From a bacterium (GTDB taxonomy: Bacteria; Patescibacteriota; Minisyncoccia; Phycocordibacterales; Phycocordibacteraceae), in the NCBI GenBank assembly GCA_021789225.1, contig JAJYJQ010000003.1:1-47303 (forward strand): a DNA stretch of 47,303 nucleotides, given 5' to 3'. A program made the translations under genes and the position numbers. A model generated the notes under the pieces. That model saw nothing but the letters and a program-made list of their open reading frames with translations. It had not been told where the DNA came from and did not search any database. Positions 26,164-36,112 of this stretch are shown piece after piece (within the stretch, counting starts at the first letter, position 1; each line of letters starts with the position of its first letter).

Positions 26164-28068
26164 CTAAATGTATATAGCGGGCTCGCTGCTGCCGTCGTCG
26201 TAGTCGAGGTGGGCGGCGTCGATATCGTTCAAGAATGATGACGGCTCTTGCAGATAGTCGGTGCCATAGATGCGGCGCACGCGCGCGAGTGTGAGGATGA
26301 GTCGGCGCTTTGCGCGCGTCACCGCCACATAGAAGAGGCGTCGTTCCTCTTCCTCATCGCGCTCCTCATTCCCCATCCCTTCGTGCGGAAAGAGTCCTTC
26401 TTCCATGCCGGTCACGAATACCGTGTCGAATTCAAGCCCTTTCGCCGCGTGCACGGTCATGAGCGTCACACCAGTCGAGCCTTCTTTTCGGTCGAGCTCG
26501 TCCTGGTCGCTCGCGAGCGCGGCGTCGGCGAGAAATGCCGCAATCCCCTCTTTGCCGGGCATCGCGTCGTAGCGGGAGGCGAGCGTTGCGAGTTCGTGGA
26601 TGTTTTCAAGGCGCTCGCGCTCCTCCTCGGTGCCGCTTGCGAGCGTGCTTTCCAAACCGCTTTTCTCGATGACCAGCCGCACGAATGCCGAAGGCGCCGT
26701 GTCCTCGCTCGCGACACTCAGTGCCGCGACCACTGCCTCAAACTTCTCTACCTTCGCGCGCTCTGCGGGTTTCAAAAGGTCGCGCTGCCCTGCTGCGAGC
26801 TTGCCGAGCGTCACCTTGCCGATACCGCGCGACGGCGCCTGCACGGCGCGCATCCGGTCGGATTCGCGCGATGGCTCGAGCGCGAGCCGCACCCACGCAA
26901 GCATGTCTTTCACCTCTTTGCGATCGAAGAAGCGTGTACCGAGGAGCTTGTACGGCACGCGCGCGTGCAAGAGCGCCTCCTCGAGTGCGCGCGATTGGAA
27001 ATTGGTGCGGAAGAGTATCGCGACGTGCTCGGGCGGAATGCCACGCGCCATTTCGCGCTTTATCTCCTTCGCGATCCACGCCGCTTCCCCTTCAGCGCTT
27101 GGCGCTGCGTGTACCGTGATGCGCTCCCCTGCCGGATTGCTCGTTACCGAGCGCTTCTCTTTGCGGTTCCTATTTTGCTCGATGACAGAATTCGCGGCCG
27201 CGACGATGGTCCCCGATGAGCGGTAGTTGTGCTCAAGGATGATGGTTTTCGCTGTGGGATAGGTCTTTTCAAACTCAAGGAGATTCTCGATAGTCGCGCC
27301 GCGCCAGGTGTAGATGCACTGGTCTATGTCCCCCACAACGAAGATGTTGTGATGTTTTTCCGCGAGCAGGTTTGCGAGCCGCCCCTGGAGCTCGTTCGTA
27401 TCCTGAAACTCATCGATGTGAATGTAGCGCCAGCGCTCTTGCACCGCGTTTCGCACATCGGCGTGCGCTTCGAGCAGGCGCACCGGAAGGGCGATGAGGT
27501 CGTCGAAGTCGAGGGCTTTCTCATCGCGAAGGGCGGTGTCGTAGCGCTGCCACACCTCGCTTGCAACGCGCCCGCGGAAGCTTTCCCGGCTGTGTTTCTC
27601 GCGAAATTCCACGGCGGTCATGCCCTCCCCTTTCGCTTTTGAGATACGCGAGAGGATCGCGCGCGGCGGGACCTCCTTCGGGTCGATGTCCATCGCCTTG
27701 AGCGCGTCCTTGATGACGCGCTCCGAGTCGTCGCGATCAAAAATGGAAAAATAGCGCGGCACGCCGACGGCGCGGCCATGCTCTTCGAGCAAAATGCGCC
27801 CGAGGCCGTGGAAGGTGGCGATAGTCGGCATCGGCGCGTCTTCGCCGAGGCGTGTGCGTAGGCGTTCGCGCATCTCGCGCGCCGCTTTGTTGGTGAAGGT
27901 GACGGCGAGGATCTGCTCGACCGGCACACCCTCTCTGACGAGGTGGAGGATGCGGGTCGTGAGCACGCGCGTTTTGCCCGAGCCGGCGCCCGCAAGCACG
28001 GACACCGGGCCGAGCGTCGCAAGGACCGCCTCTCTCTGGCGGTCGTTTAGTCCTTCGAGGTACTCCAT
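26164..28068 (-). CDS. UvrD/PcrA/Rep-family ATP-dependent DNA helicase (short, 634 aa)
   Basis: LN..Q.EAV....GP..VLAGAGSGKT..L (motif I), HIDEFQDTN (motif II), VGD.DQCIY.WRGA and TVHAAKGLEFD.VF are present. Confidence 0.92.
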   Translation of the reverse strand: MEYLEGLNDRQREAVLATLGPVSVLAGAGSGKTRVLTTRILHLVREGVPVEQILAVTFTNKAAREMRERLRTRLGEDAPMPTIATFHGLGRILLEEHGRAVGVPRYFSIFDRDDSERVIKDALKAMDIDPKEVPPRAILSRISKAKGEGMTAVEFREKHSRESFRGRVASEVWQRYDTALRDEKALDFDDLIALPVRLLEAHADVRNAVQERWRYIHIDEFQDTNELQGRLANLLAEKHHNIFVVGDIDQCIYTWRGATIENLLEFEKTYPTAKTIILEHNYRSSGTIVAAANSVIEQNRNRKEKRSVTSNPAGERITVHAAPSAEGEAAWIAKEIKREMARGIPPEHVAILFRTNFQSRALEEALLHARVPYKLLGTRFFDRKEVKDMLAWVRLALEPSRESDRMRAVQAPSRGIGKVTLGKLAAGQRDLLKPAERAKVEKFEAVVAALSVASEDTAPSAFVRLVIEKSGLESTLASGTEEERERLENIHELATLASRYDAMPGKEGIAAFLADAALASDQDELDRKEGSTGVTLMTVHAAKGLEFDTVFVTGMEEGLFPHEGMGNEERDEEEERRLFYVAVTRAKRRLILTLARVRRIYGTDYLQEPSSFLNDIDAAHLDYDDGSSEPAIYI

Positions 28069-28119
28069 TTAGTGAACTATACCGCATAATTCGCAATCAA
28101 CACCCCTCCGAAAGACCGG

Positions 28120-28147
28120 TTGACCAGCAGCCTCAGGCGGGTATAAT
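28120..28147 (+). promoter_or_regulatory. Near-consensus sigma70-type promoter TTGACC-16-TATAAT for the LysM-M23 gene
   Basis: The hexamers are at 28120-28125 and 28142-28147. The first in-frame ATG is at 28168. Confidence 0.55.
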
Positions 28148-28167
28148 CCCGGTACTGGACGTCATGG

Positions 28168-29394
28168 ATGAACGAAAGAAATGGTTGTTTTAAGCCATTT
28201 TTGTATTTGGATGAACGAAAGAACAACCCCTGCTGCGTTATTTCACCGTTACCTGATTCTTCCGGCACCTACTGCCTCGAGCGGAATTCCCGGAACACAT
28301 ACTGTAAGGCTGGTTTCGTAGTAACGACGGTACTGGCATGTGGGCTCGTAGTCGCTTCCCTTCCGCGCCATGCGGGCGCGTTTTGGTTTTCTTCGGGTAC
28401 GGCGGCGAGCGCGGGAAATTCCGTGCCGCTCGTGCACGATAGTGGCATCTCTCTTCTCCAAGCCGCCACGAATACGAACCCGGACCCGGTCAAAAATGAG
28501 CCGCTCATCGCGATGACGAACGGCTCGGCCCTTATCGCGGAAGCTGGCCCGGAAGGCACGGCAGCTGACGTGAGCCCCACGGCCTCAAACGGCCAGATTT
28601 CGCTCTACGTCGTGCGTCCGGGCGACTCCGTTTCCGAGATTGCTGACATGTTTGGCGTCACGGTGAACACCATTTTGTGGGCGAACAATCTGAAAAGCGC
28701 GAGTGCCATCAAGCCGGGCGACACGCTCCTCATCCTTCCGGTGTCCGGCCTGCAACACACGGTGACAAAGGGCGAAACGATCGCGTCTATCGCGAAGAAA
28801 TTCAATGCGGACGCTGGAGATATCGCGCTCTATAACGGTCTCGATACGAACGCGCATCTCGCGGCGGGCACCGCCATCATCATCCCGGGCGGTGAAATGC
28901 CGCCACCTCCTGCACCGGTACGCAAAACGACACCGTCCGGCTCTCGCCGTGTTGCCGCTACTGGTCCGGTAAATCCGTATCGTGGCGGTAGTGGCGCTGA
29001 GCTCTCCGGCTTCTTCGGCAACCCGCTTCCGGGCGGGCTCGTGACGCAAGGTCTCCACGGATGGAATGGGTTTGATATCGGTGCGCGCACGGGGACGCCG
29101 ATTTACGCAGCGGCCGCGGGCCGTGTCATCGTCGCGCGTACGAGCGGATGGAACGGCGGGTACGGCAGCTATGTCGTTATCGACCACGGCAACGGCACGC
29201 AGACGCTCTATGCGCACATGAGTCAGAACATCTCGAGCGTTGGCGAGCAGGTTTCGCGTGGGCAGCTCCTCGGGTATGTCGGCACCACCGGCGAATCGAC
29301 CGGTCCCCACCTCCACTTCGAGGTTCGCGGTGCAAAGAATCCGTTTTCAGGGTGCGACGTGGGCGAAGTCGACACAGCCTGTTTCATGTACTAA
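28168..29394 (+). CDS. Cell-wall hydrolase with two LysM domains and an M23 (LytM) metallopeptidase domain
   Basis: The LysM domains are YVVRPGDSVSEIADMFGV...GDTLLILP and HTVTKGETIASIAKKF...GTAIIIP. M23 motifs are HGWNGFDIGA, VVIDHGNG..TLYAHMS and GESTGPHLHFEVRG. One TM/signal segment is present. Confidence 0.9.
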   Translation: MNERNGCFKPFLYLDERKNNPCCVISPLPDSSGTYCLERNSRNTYCKAGFVVTTVLACGLVVASLPRHAGAFWFSSGTAASAGNSVPLVHDSGISLLQAATNTNPDPVKNEPLIAMTNGSALIAEAGPEGTAADVSPTASNGQISLYVVRPGDSVSEIADMFGVTVNTILWANNLKSASAIKPGDTLLILPVSGLQHTVTKGETIASIAKKFNADAGDIALYNGLDTNAHLAAGTAIIIPGGEMPPPPAPVRKTTPSGSRRVAATGPVNPYRGGSGAELSGFFGNPLPGGLVTQGLHGWNGFDIGARTGTPIYAAAAGRVIVARTSGWNGGYGSYVVIDHGNGTQTLYAHMSQNISSVGEQVSRGQLLGYVGTTGESTGPHLHFEVRGAKNPFSGCDVGEVDTACFMY

Positions 29395-29408
29395 TGCGCT
29401 CACGCGCA

Positions 29409-29446
29409 GAAAACCCGCGGCGGCCTAAAGGCCGCCGCGGGTTTTC
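29409..29446 (+). terminator. Rho-independent terminator (17-bp stem)
   Basis: gaaaacccgcggcggcc-taaa-ggccgccgcgggttttc. Confidence 0.7.
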
Positions 29447-29501
29447 GCGCCGTAATTCCCCGCTCACAAGCCCTTCATAGAAGAGGTTCTATAAAGAAAT
29501 G

Positions 29502-30326
29502 ATGCGAAAGAAAATCCTCTTAGGAGTCGGCGGCATAGCTGTGATATCGGCGTTGCTCGGGTGGTGGTACGCGACCAGTAAAACATCAGGACTGGGATAC
29601 GCGCTCATTAATATATGGGCAAACATGCGGGCGGGCGATCCGCTCTTTGATTATCCACCGCCCCCACCTCCGCTCTCTCAAATACTGAAGGTTCGGTACT
29701 TTATAGAAGGAGGACCGAGTGATGGCGATTATGTGTTGTTCCCGATAGAGGTAAATGGGTACACCTACTTGCCTGGTGCTGATTGCGGTCACGAGATACA
29801 CCTGCCGCCAATCATCATACGAGATGAGGCCGGCACGGTCATCTATAGCCACCCGGTATTGGGCACCTGCGCGCACGACAGCTTCGTATCATACGATGAG
29901 CACATTGCTCCCGATTCGCGCGTGAACCTTCCGGATTCAGGGACGATCTCGATAGCGTCCACTTCCATGCAGGTACACTTCAAGCCGGACCCTGACATGG
30001 AAGAGTTTGGTTTGTGCGGCACGCCGCTTCTCGCAAAACGCATCATGGTACACGGCGTCGATGCGTTTAACGCGATCATGCAGATCAAAAATACAAGCGG
30101 GAACGAGACCATTGCCGATAAGCGGAGCTTCTGTCAGAGCATCGTGTATCACGCCAATGAAAATCACCGTATCGTGTTGACCGATGTGACGACGAGTGAC
30201 AAGTGGATGTATGTGGACATCACCGGTGACGGCCGGTATGCCATCGACCTTGTGACGAATGCGATATATCCGATATCCGGGTTTGATGGAGGCCGCAGCA
30301 GGGTCCCCGTCGGTTATTTGAAATAA
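29502..30326 (+). CDS. Membrane-anchored hypothetical protein in the lower-GC island
   Basis: MRKKILLGVGGIAVISALLGWWY is a TM anchor. TATAAA (29490-29495) lies 6 nt before the ATG at 29502. The ORF track starts one codon earlier, at 29499. Confidence 0.6.
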   Translation: MRKKILLGVGGIAVISALLGWWYATSKTSGLGYALINIWANMRAGDPLFDYPPPPPPLSQILKVRYFIEGGPSDGDYVLFPIEVNGYTYLPGADCGHEIHLPPIIIRDEAGTVIYSHPVLGTCAHDSFVSYDEHIAPDSRVNLPDSGTISIASTSMQVHFKPDPDMEEFGLCGTPLLAKRIMVHGVDAFNAIMQIKNTSGNETIADKRSFCQSIVYHANENHRIVLTDVTTSDKWMYVDITGDGRYAIDLVTNAIYPISGFDGGRSRVPVGYLK

Positions 30327-30401
30327 AGAAGCGCCATACGGCCGCGCTTTACTTCCGGCACGTACATGTACTCTTCACGGGAAGGGCGCTATAAAAAGAA
30401 C

Positions 30402-31070
30402 ATGAACCGAAACCAAATACTTTTGTTGACTGGTGGAGTTGTCGTTGTGTTAGTGCTCAGCGGATGGCGGTATGTGAGTACAAGAAAACCCTCGCCGGTC
30501 GCTGAGAACGCTGGCACTGCGACAAGCACCTACCCATATACGAACCGGGCAGCGATTGAGAAAGGAATCTCGGAAGGGAAAGTATCGGGTCCGTATCCGT
30601 TCTACGATTTCGATAATCATCTCCATGTTCTCAATTCGGACTACCAACTAGTGTCAGATGCCATCAAGTCGGGAGCAATAACCATCGGGGACATTGAAGA
30701 CGTCCAGATTTGCGGAGGAACCTACAAGTCCAAGCGTATTCTCATAGATGGTGTCAATCTTCTCAAGCGCGCATTGAATCTTGTTGGTAAAGATTCGCAG
30801 AAAAGTGAGGCGCTTTGCGACTATTTGAATGGACTTGCTGAAGATACGGGCGGGAAAATAAACGAGAACGGAGAGATTCAGATTACTCTCGGCGAAGAGA
30901 AAAGCACTGAACAGGGAGCAGTATTTAGGGTCGGGATAAACCTGGGGAGAAGTATCGTTCACATACAATCGGGCATCCCTCATGGGTATATGAGCGGGTT
31001 TCTCATTCTCGCTGATCCAGAAAAGAACAAGCTCTATATGATGGGTACTGAGATGGGTGCCCTTAAATAA
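30402..31070 (+). CDS. Membrane-anchored hypothetical protein in the lower-GC island
   Basis: MNRNQILLLTGGVVVVLVLSGW is a TM anchor. TATAAA (30390-30395) lies 6 nt before the ATG, the same promoter and start layout as the preceding gene. Confidence 0.6.
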   Translation: MNRNQILLLTGGVVVVLVLSGWRYVSTRKPSPVAENAGTATSTYPYTNRAAIEKGISEGKVSGPYPFYDFDNHLHVLNSDYQLVSDAIKSGAITIGDIEDVQICGGTYKSKRILIDGVNLLKRALNLVGKDSQKSEALCDYLNGLAEDTGGKINENGEIQITLGEEKSTEQGAVFRVGINLGRSIVHIQSGIPHGYMSGFLILADPEKNKLYMMGTEMGALK

Positions 31071-31072
31071 TA

Positions 31073-31100
31073 AAGACCGGAGCCCGAAGGCTCCGGTCTT
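31073..31100. terminator. Bidirectional terminator hairpin
   Basis: aagaccggagcc-cgaa-ggctccggtctt lies between convergent genes. Confidence 0.65.
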
Positions 31101-31122
31101 GTCATAAGATGCACCGCTTCTC

Positions 31123-32665
31123 TTACCAGTCCATCCGCTCCGGATCAACGAACCCGCCTGGGAAGGCTGGATACAAGTACCCGTCTATAGTGCACGCGCC
31201 CGCAGGTAGCGCACCTGCTTGCGAGACGTGCTGTTCGAACGTGCCGATACGCGTCCCGAAGTGAAGGTGCGTCCCGCCGAGAGAGTAGGAGAGATACTTT
31301 GGGTATCCAAGGAACGTTCCTTTTGCGACCATCTGTCCCTCGGAGATGACCGGGTTCCCCTGGGCGTCAAGGGTATTGTCGAGATGCAGATAGCTTGTCG
31401 CGAAACTATCTTCGTGACCAATCACGACGGCCCAGCCCCAACTAATGGTATGGGCTTCGTCAGCAAACTGCTCGTTCTTCTTCAGCACTACACCCCGAGC
31501 GGCCGCGAAGATGGGGTTGCTTGTGGATGCCTGGTAATCGGCGCCGGCGTGGAGCTTCATATACGAAGAGCAGTACGCATCCCAGAACTTCCCGAAGTAA
31601 TATCCCGAGACAAGGTGCACTGCCGGATTCGGGAACATGAGCTTCTCCACCAGCACCACATCATCAACATCGAAGTTCTTCGCCACCCCAGACTCGATCG
31701 CCACCGCCCCGAGCTTCGCTGAGCCGAAGTGAAAGTCGGAGAGAGGGATGAGTACGCGATACCACTTGCCCGGAGTGATGGAGCCGAGCATGGTAGGAAT
31801 GTATGTCTCGTCCACCCTCACCGTCCCGAGCACGACGTTGGTCTCGCTAATGAGCGAGACGTTGAGATACTGGCCCACCTCCGAGGTTCGGAACACGAGC
31901 GAGAGGCCGCCGAAGTCTCCTGACGGGATACCGAGCCCGTTCACGTTCCTCCCTGTGCTCTGCTCTTGGAGCTGCACACCGGCCCAGGGGCCGGTTGCCG
32001 TGACGTGGAGGTAGTTGTCGCCACCGCCAGAGTCGATTTGGGATAAGGTTGAGCTCCAGTTGTACGTAAGGATGCTCGGCCCCTTTGCCTGCTGCGCGCC
32101 GTCGTAGAATGAAACGTTCGGGCGGAATTCGATCTGATCGAAGTAGACCACTGCGCCGGCGTTGCCGCTCTGGATGGCGACGTCTTCAAGTATCGGGTTC
32201 GTGCCGAGCAGCATATCTGCTATGGGTATCCGAATCCAGGTCCACCGTCCTTGCGGGATGGATTTGGTTTCGGTGTAGTCGGCAAGGCCGATTGGGCGAG
32301 GCGTCGCTGTCCCGGTCGAGTCTTGCGCGACGAGCCACAAGTTGTCCCCGAGCGATTCGTTGTACACGGCGAAGGTCAGATCCTTGTACCCAGTGGTGTC
32401 GAAATACTGCCAGGCACCGGGCGCGAATCCACCCCACGGCGAGGTATTGGACGCGCATGCTGTGCGTCCCCTTGAGGGCGTGATTGGTCGAAATACCGAT
32501 GGAGGTGTTCCAGCCCCAGTCTCCCCATCCCTTTTCAAAGGTTCTATGGACAGCGTCATAGGATTCAAGGAAGACCTCGTTCGAGACGTCGTTCAGCGCG
32601 AAGGCTGGTGGACAGAATGTGAGCAGTGCCCAGAACAACAATCCGATCCGACTGATCGTTTTCAC
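31123..32665 (-). pseudogene. Secreted protein with tandem CBM-like modules and an M23 peptidase domain, apparently frameshifted near 32445-32455
   Basis: The signal-peptide ORF (GTG at 32665, preceded by AGGAGG) reads MKTISRIGLLFWALLTFCPPAFA...GTHSMRVQY. Reading then continues in the +1 frame as NTSPWGGFAPGAWQYFD..., through to the M23 motifs (HAGADY, VVIGHEDSFATSYLHL, GGTHLHFG). The junction mirrors the second module (NYLHVTATGPWAGV). Confidence 0.6.
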
Positions 32666-32808
32666 TTGGAGCCTCCTCTTTGTTTTGGTTGTACTGCCCG
32701 TTGCAAGCGATCCTGCCGATACTCAGTGGTGCATCGTTCTCTTGCGCGTCACCTCCTTTAAAGGATGTTTGTATGTGGTGCTCGTGGCACTCTTCTTTGT
32801 CCACTATA

Positions 32809-34350
32809 TCATTCAAACCCGAAGAAGCCGCGGGGGCGGTATTGGAGCGCTTCGAATACGTGTGCGGGAAGGACGAGCTCGCTTTCGGCGAGGTCGGCGA
32901 TGGTGCGCGCGACGCGCATGGTGCGGTGGTAGCTCCTCGGTGAGAGGTCGAGTTTCTTTGCGGCGGCGAGGAGCGCAGCGCGCGCTTCTGGTGAGAATGC
33001 CGCGGCTTCGCCTTCGAGCTCGCGCGAGGAAAGGTGCGCGTTATCGGCTCCTTCCCTTCCAGTACGTGCGGAGGCGCGTGAGCGGGCTTTTTCGATGCGT
33101 GCGCGAACACTTTCAGAAGGCTCTCCGCTGCCAAGCGAGGCGAGGGTCTCGTGCGGAACGTGCGGTACCTCGACCCACAGGTCGAGGCGGTCGGCGATCG
33201 GGCGGGAGAGCTTGCGGGACTGTTTACGCGCGGCGCGAAGCGCCGCGTCTGCGTCGCCGCCAAGCGTGTCGGCCGGATTCATCGCCGCCACAAGCATGCA
33301 GTCGGCAGGAAACGTGACGGTTGCACGGGTTCGAGAAACAGTGACGGTCCGGTTCTCAAGCGGCTCGCGCAGCGCCTCGAGCGCACGTGCATCAAACTCG
33401 GGAAACTCATCCAAGAACAAGACGCCTTTGTGTGCGAGCGTCACCTCTCCAGCACGCGGCGAGGCGCCACCACCGACAAGTGCAGTATAGGAAACGGTGT
33501 GGTGCGGCGCGCGAAAGGGTGGTTGCGCGACGACAGCACCTTCTTCGAGCACGCCCGCAGTCGAGTGGATGGCCGTCACTTCGAGCAACTCGTCATTCGT
33601 GAGTGGTGGGAGTATGCCGGGCAGTGCGCGGGCAAGCAAAGTCTTGCCGGTGCCGGGCGGGCCATAGAACACGAGGTTGTGTCGCCCGGCTGCGGCGATC
33701 TCGAGCGCACGCTTCGCGCTCTCCTGTCCTTTGACGTCGGCGAGATCGACCGCAGGCGCGGCAGTGCGCGAAGCGCGCTGCCGCGTTTCCGGTACGAGCG
33801 GCGCCTCCCCTTTTATGTGTGCAATGAGGGTACCGAGTGTCGCGGGCGCATACACGATCATTCCCTCCGCAAGCAGCGCCTCGTGTGCGTTTCCGGGCGG
33901 CACGAACACAGTCTCAATGCCTTCCCGCCGCGCCGCGAGCACTTGCGGCAAGATGCCACGCACGCTTCGCAACGTACCGTCGAGGGAGAGCTCTCCGGCG
34001 AAAAGCGCAGGTTCTTCGGGGAGCGTTATCTCCCCTGCCGCTGCGAGGTACGCGAGCGCGAATGCTACGTCATAGTGCGAACCCTCTTTCTTCAAGTCAG
34101 CAGGAGAAAGCGAAAGTACGATGCGGCGGTTTTCAGCTTTCGGGGATTTGAATCCCGAATGCCGTATCGCGGCCGAGATGCGGTCGCGCGCCTCCTCCAC
34201 TGCTTTGTCAGCGAGTCCGACTATAGAAAATGAATGGAGTCCTCGCGTGAGGTCGGCTTCGACGGTGACGAGCGCGGCTGCGGCGCCGGTCGGTTGCGCG
34301 GCGCGAAGCGCCGCGTATCCTTTCAGCTCCGCGTCGGCTGCGTCAGACAT
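32809..34350 (-). CDS. comM: Mg-chelatase-like AAA+ protein ComM/YifB
   Basis: The start at 34350 gives [12 protein letters not shown].... The sequence contains [26 protein letters not shown], Walker [11 protein letters not shown], and LFLDEFPEF. The TGATG overlap with the DksA-like gene supports this start. Confidence 0.9.
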   Translation of the reverse strand: MSDAADAELKGYAALRAAQPTGAAAALVTVEADLTRGLHSFSIVGLADKAVEEARDRISAAIRHSGFKSPKAENRRIVLSLSPADLKKEGSHYDVAFALAYLAAAGEITLPEEPALFAGELSLDGTLRSVRGILPQVLAARREGIETVFVPPGNAHEALLAEGMIVYAPATLGTLIAHIKGEAPLVPETRQRASRTAAPAVDLADVKGQESAKRALEIAAAGRHNLVFYGPPGTGKTLLARALPGILPPLTNDELLEVTAIHSTAGVLEEGAVVAQPPFRAPHHTVSYTALVGGGASPRAGEVTLAHKGVLFLDEFPEFDARALEALREPLENRTVTVSRTRATVTFPADCMLVAAMNPADTLGGDADAALRAARKQSRKLSRPIADRLDLWVEVPHVPHETLASLGSGEPSESVRARIEKARSRASARTGREGADNAHLSSRELEGEAAAFSPEARAALLAAAKKLDLSPRSYHRTMRVARTIADLAESELVLPAHVFEALQYRPRGFFGFE

Positions 34351-34706
34351 CACCCGTGCATGTGCGCCGTGCAGGTATCGGCTGCCGGATCTGCATCGAG
34401 ACGTGCCTCCTCTATCGGGGCGCCGCATACCGCGCATGCGCCGTATGCGCCATCCGTGATGCGGGCGAGCGCTGCTTTCACATTGTTGTAGCGGATTTCC
34501 AAATCCTTCAGTATGGCCGTGTTATCACCATAGCCTTCGATGAGATCTGCCGCGTCATTCTCGTCGGGCTCTTTGCCGGTTTCGGGCGGGACTGCTTCCC
34601 AGTCGTCGTTATTCGACGGGTTGCGGCGACCGACACTCTCGAGTTCCGTTTCAAGCTTCTGCAGTTCTTCTTCGAGGCGCTGGTGGTATGATGCAAGGTC
34701 TTTCAT
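34350..34706 (-). CDS. DksA/TraR-family C4 zinc-finger protein
   Basis: 118 aa with a coiled-coil N-terminus and the C-terminal sequence [28 protein letters not shown]. Confidence 0.8.
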   Translation of the reverse strand: MKDLASYHQRLEEELQKLETELESVGRRNPSNNDDWEAVPPETGKEPDENDAADLIEGYGDNTAILKDLEIRYNNVKAALARITDGAYGACAVCGAPIEEARLDADPAADTCTAHMHG

Positions 34707-34730
34707 ATGCGAACCACTGTACCATATCGA

Positions 34731-36029
34731 TCAATGCTGTGTGCTTGAGTTGCCGAGCCGGCTGAGGATGCTCGCGAACGCAGAAGGATCATGGGCTATG
34801 ACCAGGATGTTTTTATTCCAAAATCCGTAGAGGAGGATGGTGTTGCCGGCGTTGTCACGCAATACGCGCGCATCGTGGTTGGCGATCACCTCATCAATAA
34901 ATGCGGGCGCGCTGCGTGCGGCCGTCTGAGTGCTTGTCGCAGTGCTGCTTGCTGTAGAGGCGCTTGCGACGGGAGTCGGATACACAGGCGCAAGATCGTG
35001 CGCGAGGGTCTTCTCCCACGCGAGCATCCCGGCGAAGGCTGCGTCATAGGAGGCGACATGCAGGATAAAAAACGGATGGGTTCCCTCCCCGGCGTGCGTG
35101 ATGCCGACCGTGCTGTCGAGAGCGATAGTGCGCGCCAGCAAGCCGGGCATCGGGAGCCCGAGTGCAGCAATGAGCTGCCCGCCCGACTCCGGCGTGTGGA
35201 TAGGGATGCCGGCCGTGTCGTACGTGGTCGTCGCGGTGTACAGGATCGTGACGCTTCCGTCGGGTATCGGCTTGGCAGAAGCAGCCACGATAGCTTGCAT
35301 GAGCGCGCTGCCGGTCCCCGAGACTTCTTGCGCGTTGTCGGCGGCGATGAGTGACGGCGCGGCAACGCCTGTGGATACCGGTGTATTCGCGCGCAAGTTG
35401 TAGCCGTACGCGTACCACACGCCGAGCCCGCTGGCGGCGACGAGAAAGAGGCTGCCGAACGCGAGCGCCACGCTTCGCCCGCGGGATGCGGGCGATTTTT
35501 CTTGAGTGGCTGATAGGCGCGAACCACGCGCGTCTTGTTCTGCGGCGAGCACATCGGTCTGCGTGGCTCCGGTCTCTCGCACGCGGTCAATAAAGTCGCT
35601 TCGGTACGTATGCACAGGAGCAGAAATGTCTTGCGGCGGCGGGGTGTGCATCGGTGTGGACGGTACAGGCGCTTGGGAGGCGAAGTCGAGCACTTCCGGC
35701 TTTTGCGGAAGCGTGCTCCCTGCGACCAGCTTGTCTTGCGCGCTAGGCTCAGGAGTGAGCTGCTCGGATGCGGCGGGCGGAGTCACAAGAGCCGGTTCGG
35801 GTATGTGCGGCTTGGGCGGCGGCGGTGGAAGTGGTGGTTGCGGCGGTTCTTCCGGCACAGGCTCGCCTTTCATGCGTGCCAGGTCGCGCGCATAGGTACG
35901 TAGCTTCAGCGTCTCGGGAAGCGGGACCGCAGCTTCAGCGGGAGGTGGCGTCGCAGCTGGAGCGATCGGAGGAGCTGGCGGGACCTCGGGAGTGAAGGCG
36001 GGCGGCATCGGAGCGGGAGTCTCGTTCAT
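34731..36029 (-). CDS. Proline-rich, single-pass membrane protein (hypothetical)
   Basis: 432 aa. A Pro-rich N-terminal half is followed by a TM helix (VALAFGSLFLVAASGLGVWYAY) and then an approximately 230-aa ectodomain. Confidence 0.6.
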   Translation of the reverse strand: MNETPAPMPPAFTPEVPPAPPIAPAATPPPAEAAVPLPETLKLRTYARDLARMKGEPVPEEPPQPPLPPPPPKPHIPEPALVTPPAASEQLTPEPSAQDKLVAGSTLPQKPEVLDFASQAPVPSTPMHTPPPQDISAPVHTYRSDFIDRVRETGATQTDVLAAEQDARGSRLSATQEKSPASRGRSVALAFGSLFLVAASGLGVWYAYGYNLRANTPVSTGVAAPSLIAADNAQEVSGTGSALMQAIVAASAKPIPDGSVTILYTATTTYDTAGIPIHTPESGGQLIAALGLPMPGLLARTIALDSTVGITHAGEGTHPFFILHVASYDAAFAGMLAWEKTLAHDLAPVYPTPVASASTASSTATSTQTAARSAPAFIDEVIANHDARVLRDNAGNTILLYGFWNKNILVIAHDPSAFASILSRLGNSSTQH

Positions 36030-36048
36030 ACAGTTCTCTCACATTCTA

Positions 36049-36095
36049 ACGCACAACCCGCGCGGACAGCGAAGCTGTCCGCGCGGGTTGTGCGT
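36049..36095. terminator. Terminator hairpin with a 22-bp perfect stem
   Basis: acgcacaacccgcgcggacagc-gaa-gctgtccgcgcgggttgtgcgt lies downstream of the NYN-domain gene. Confidence 0.65.
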
Positions 36096-36112
36096 TACGC
36101 CCCGCTCTCTAG

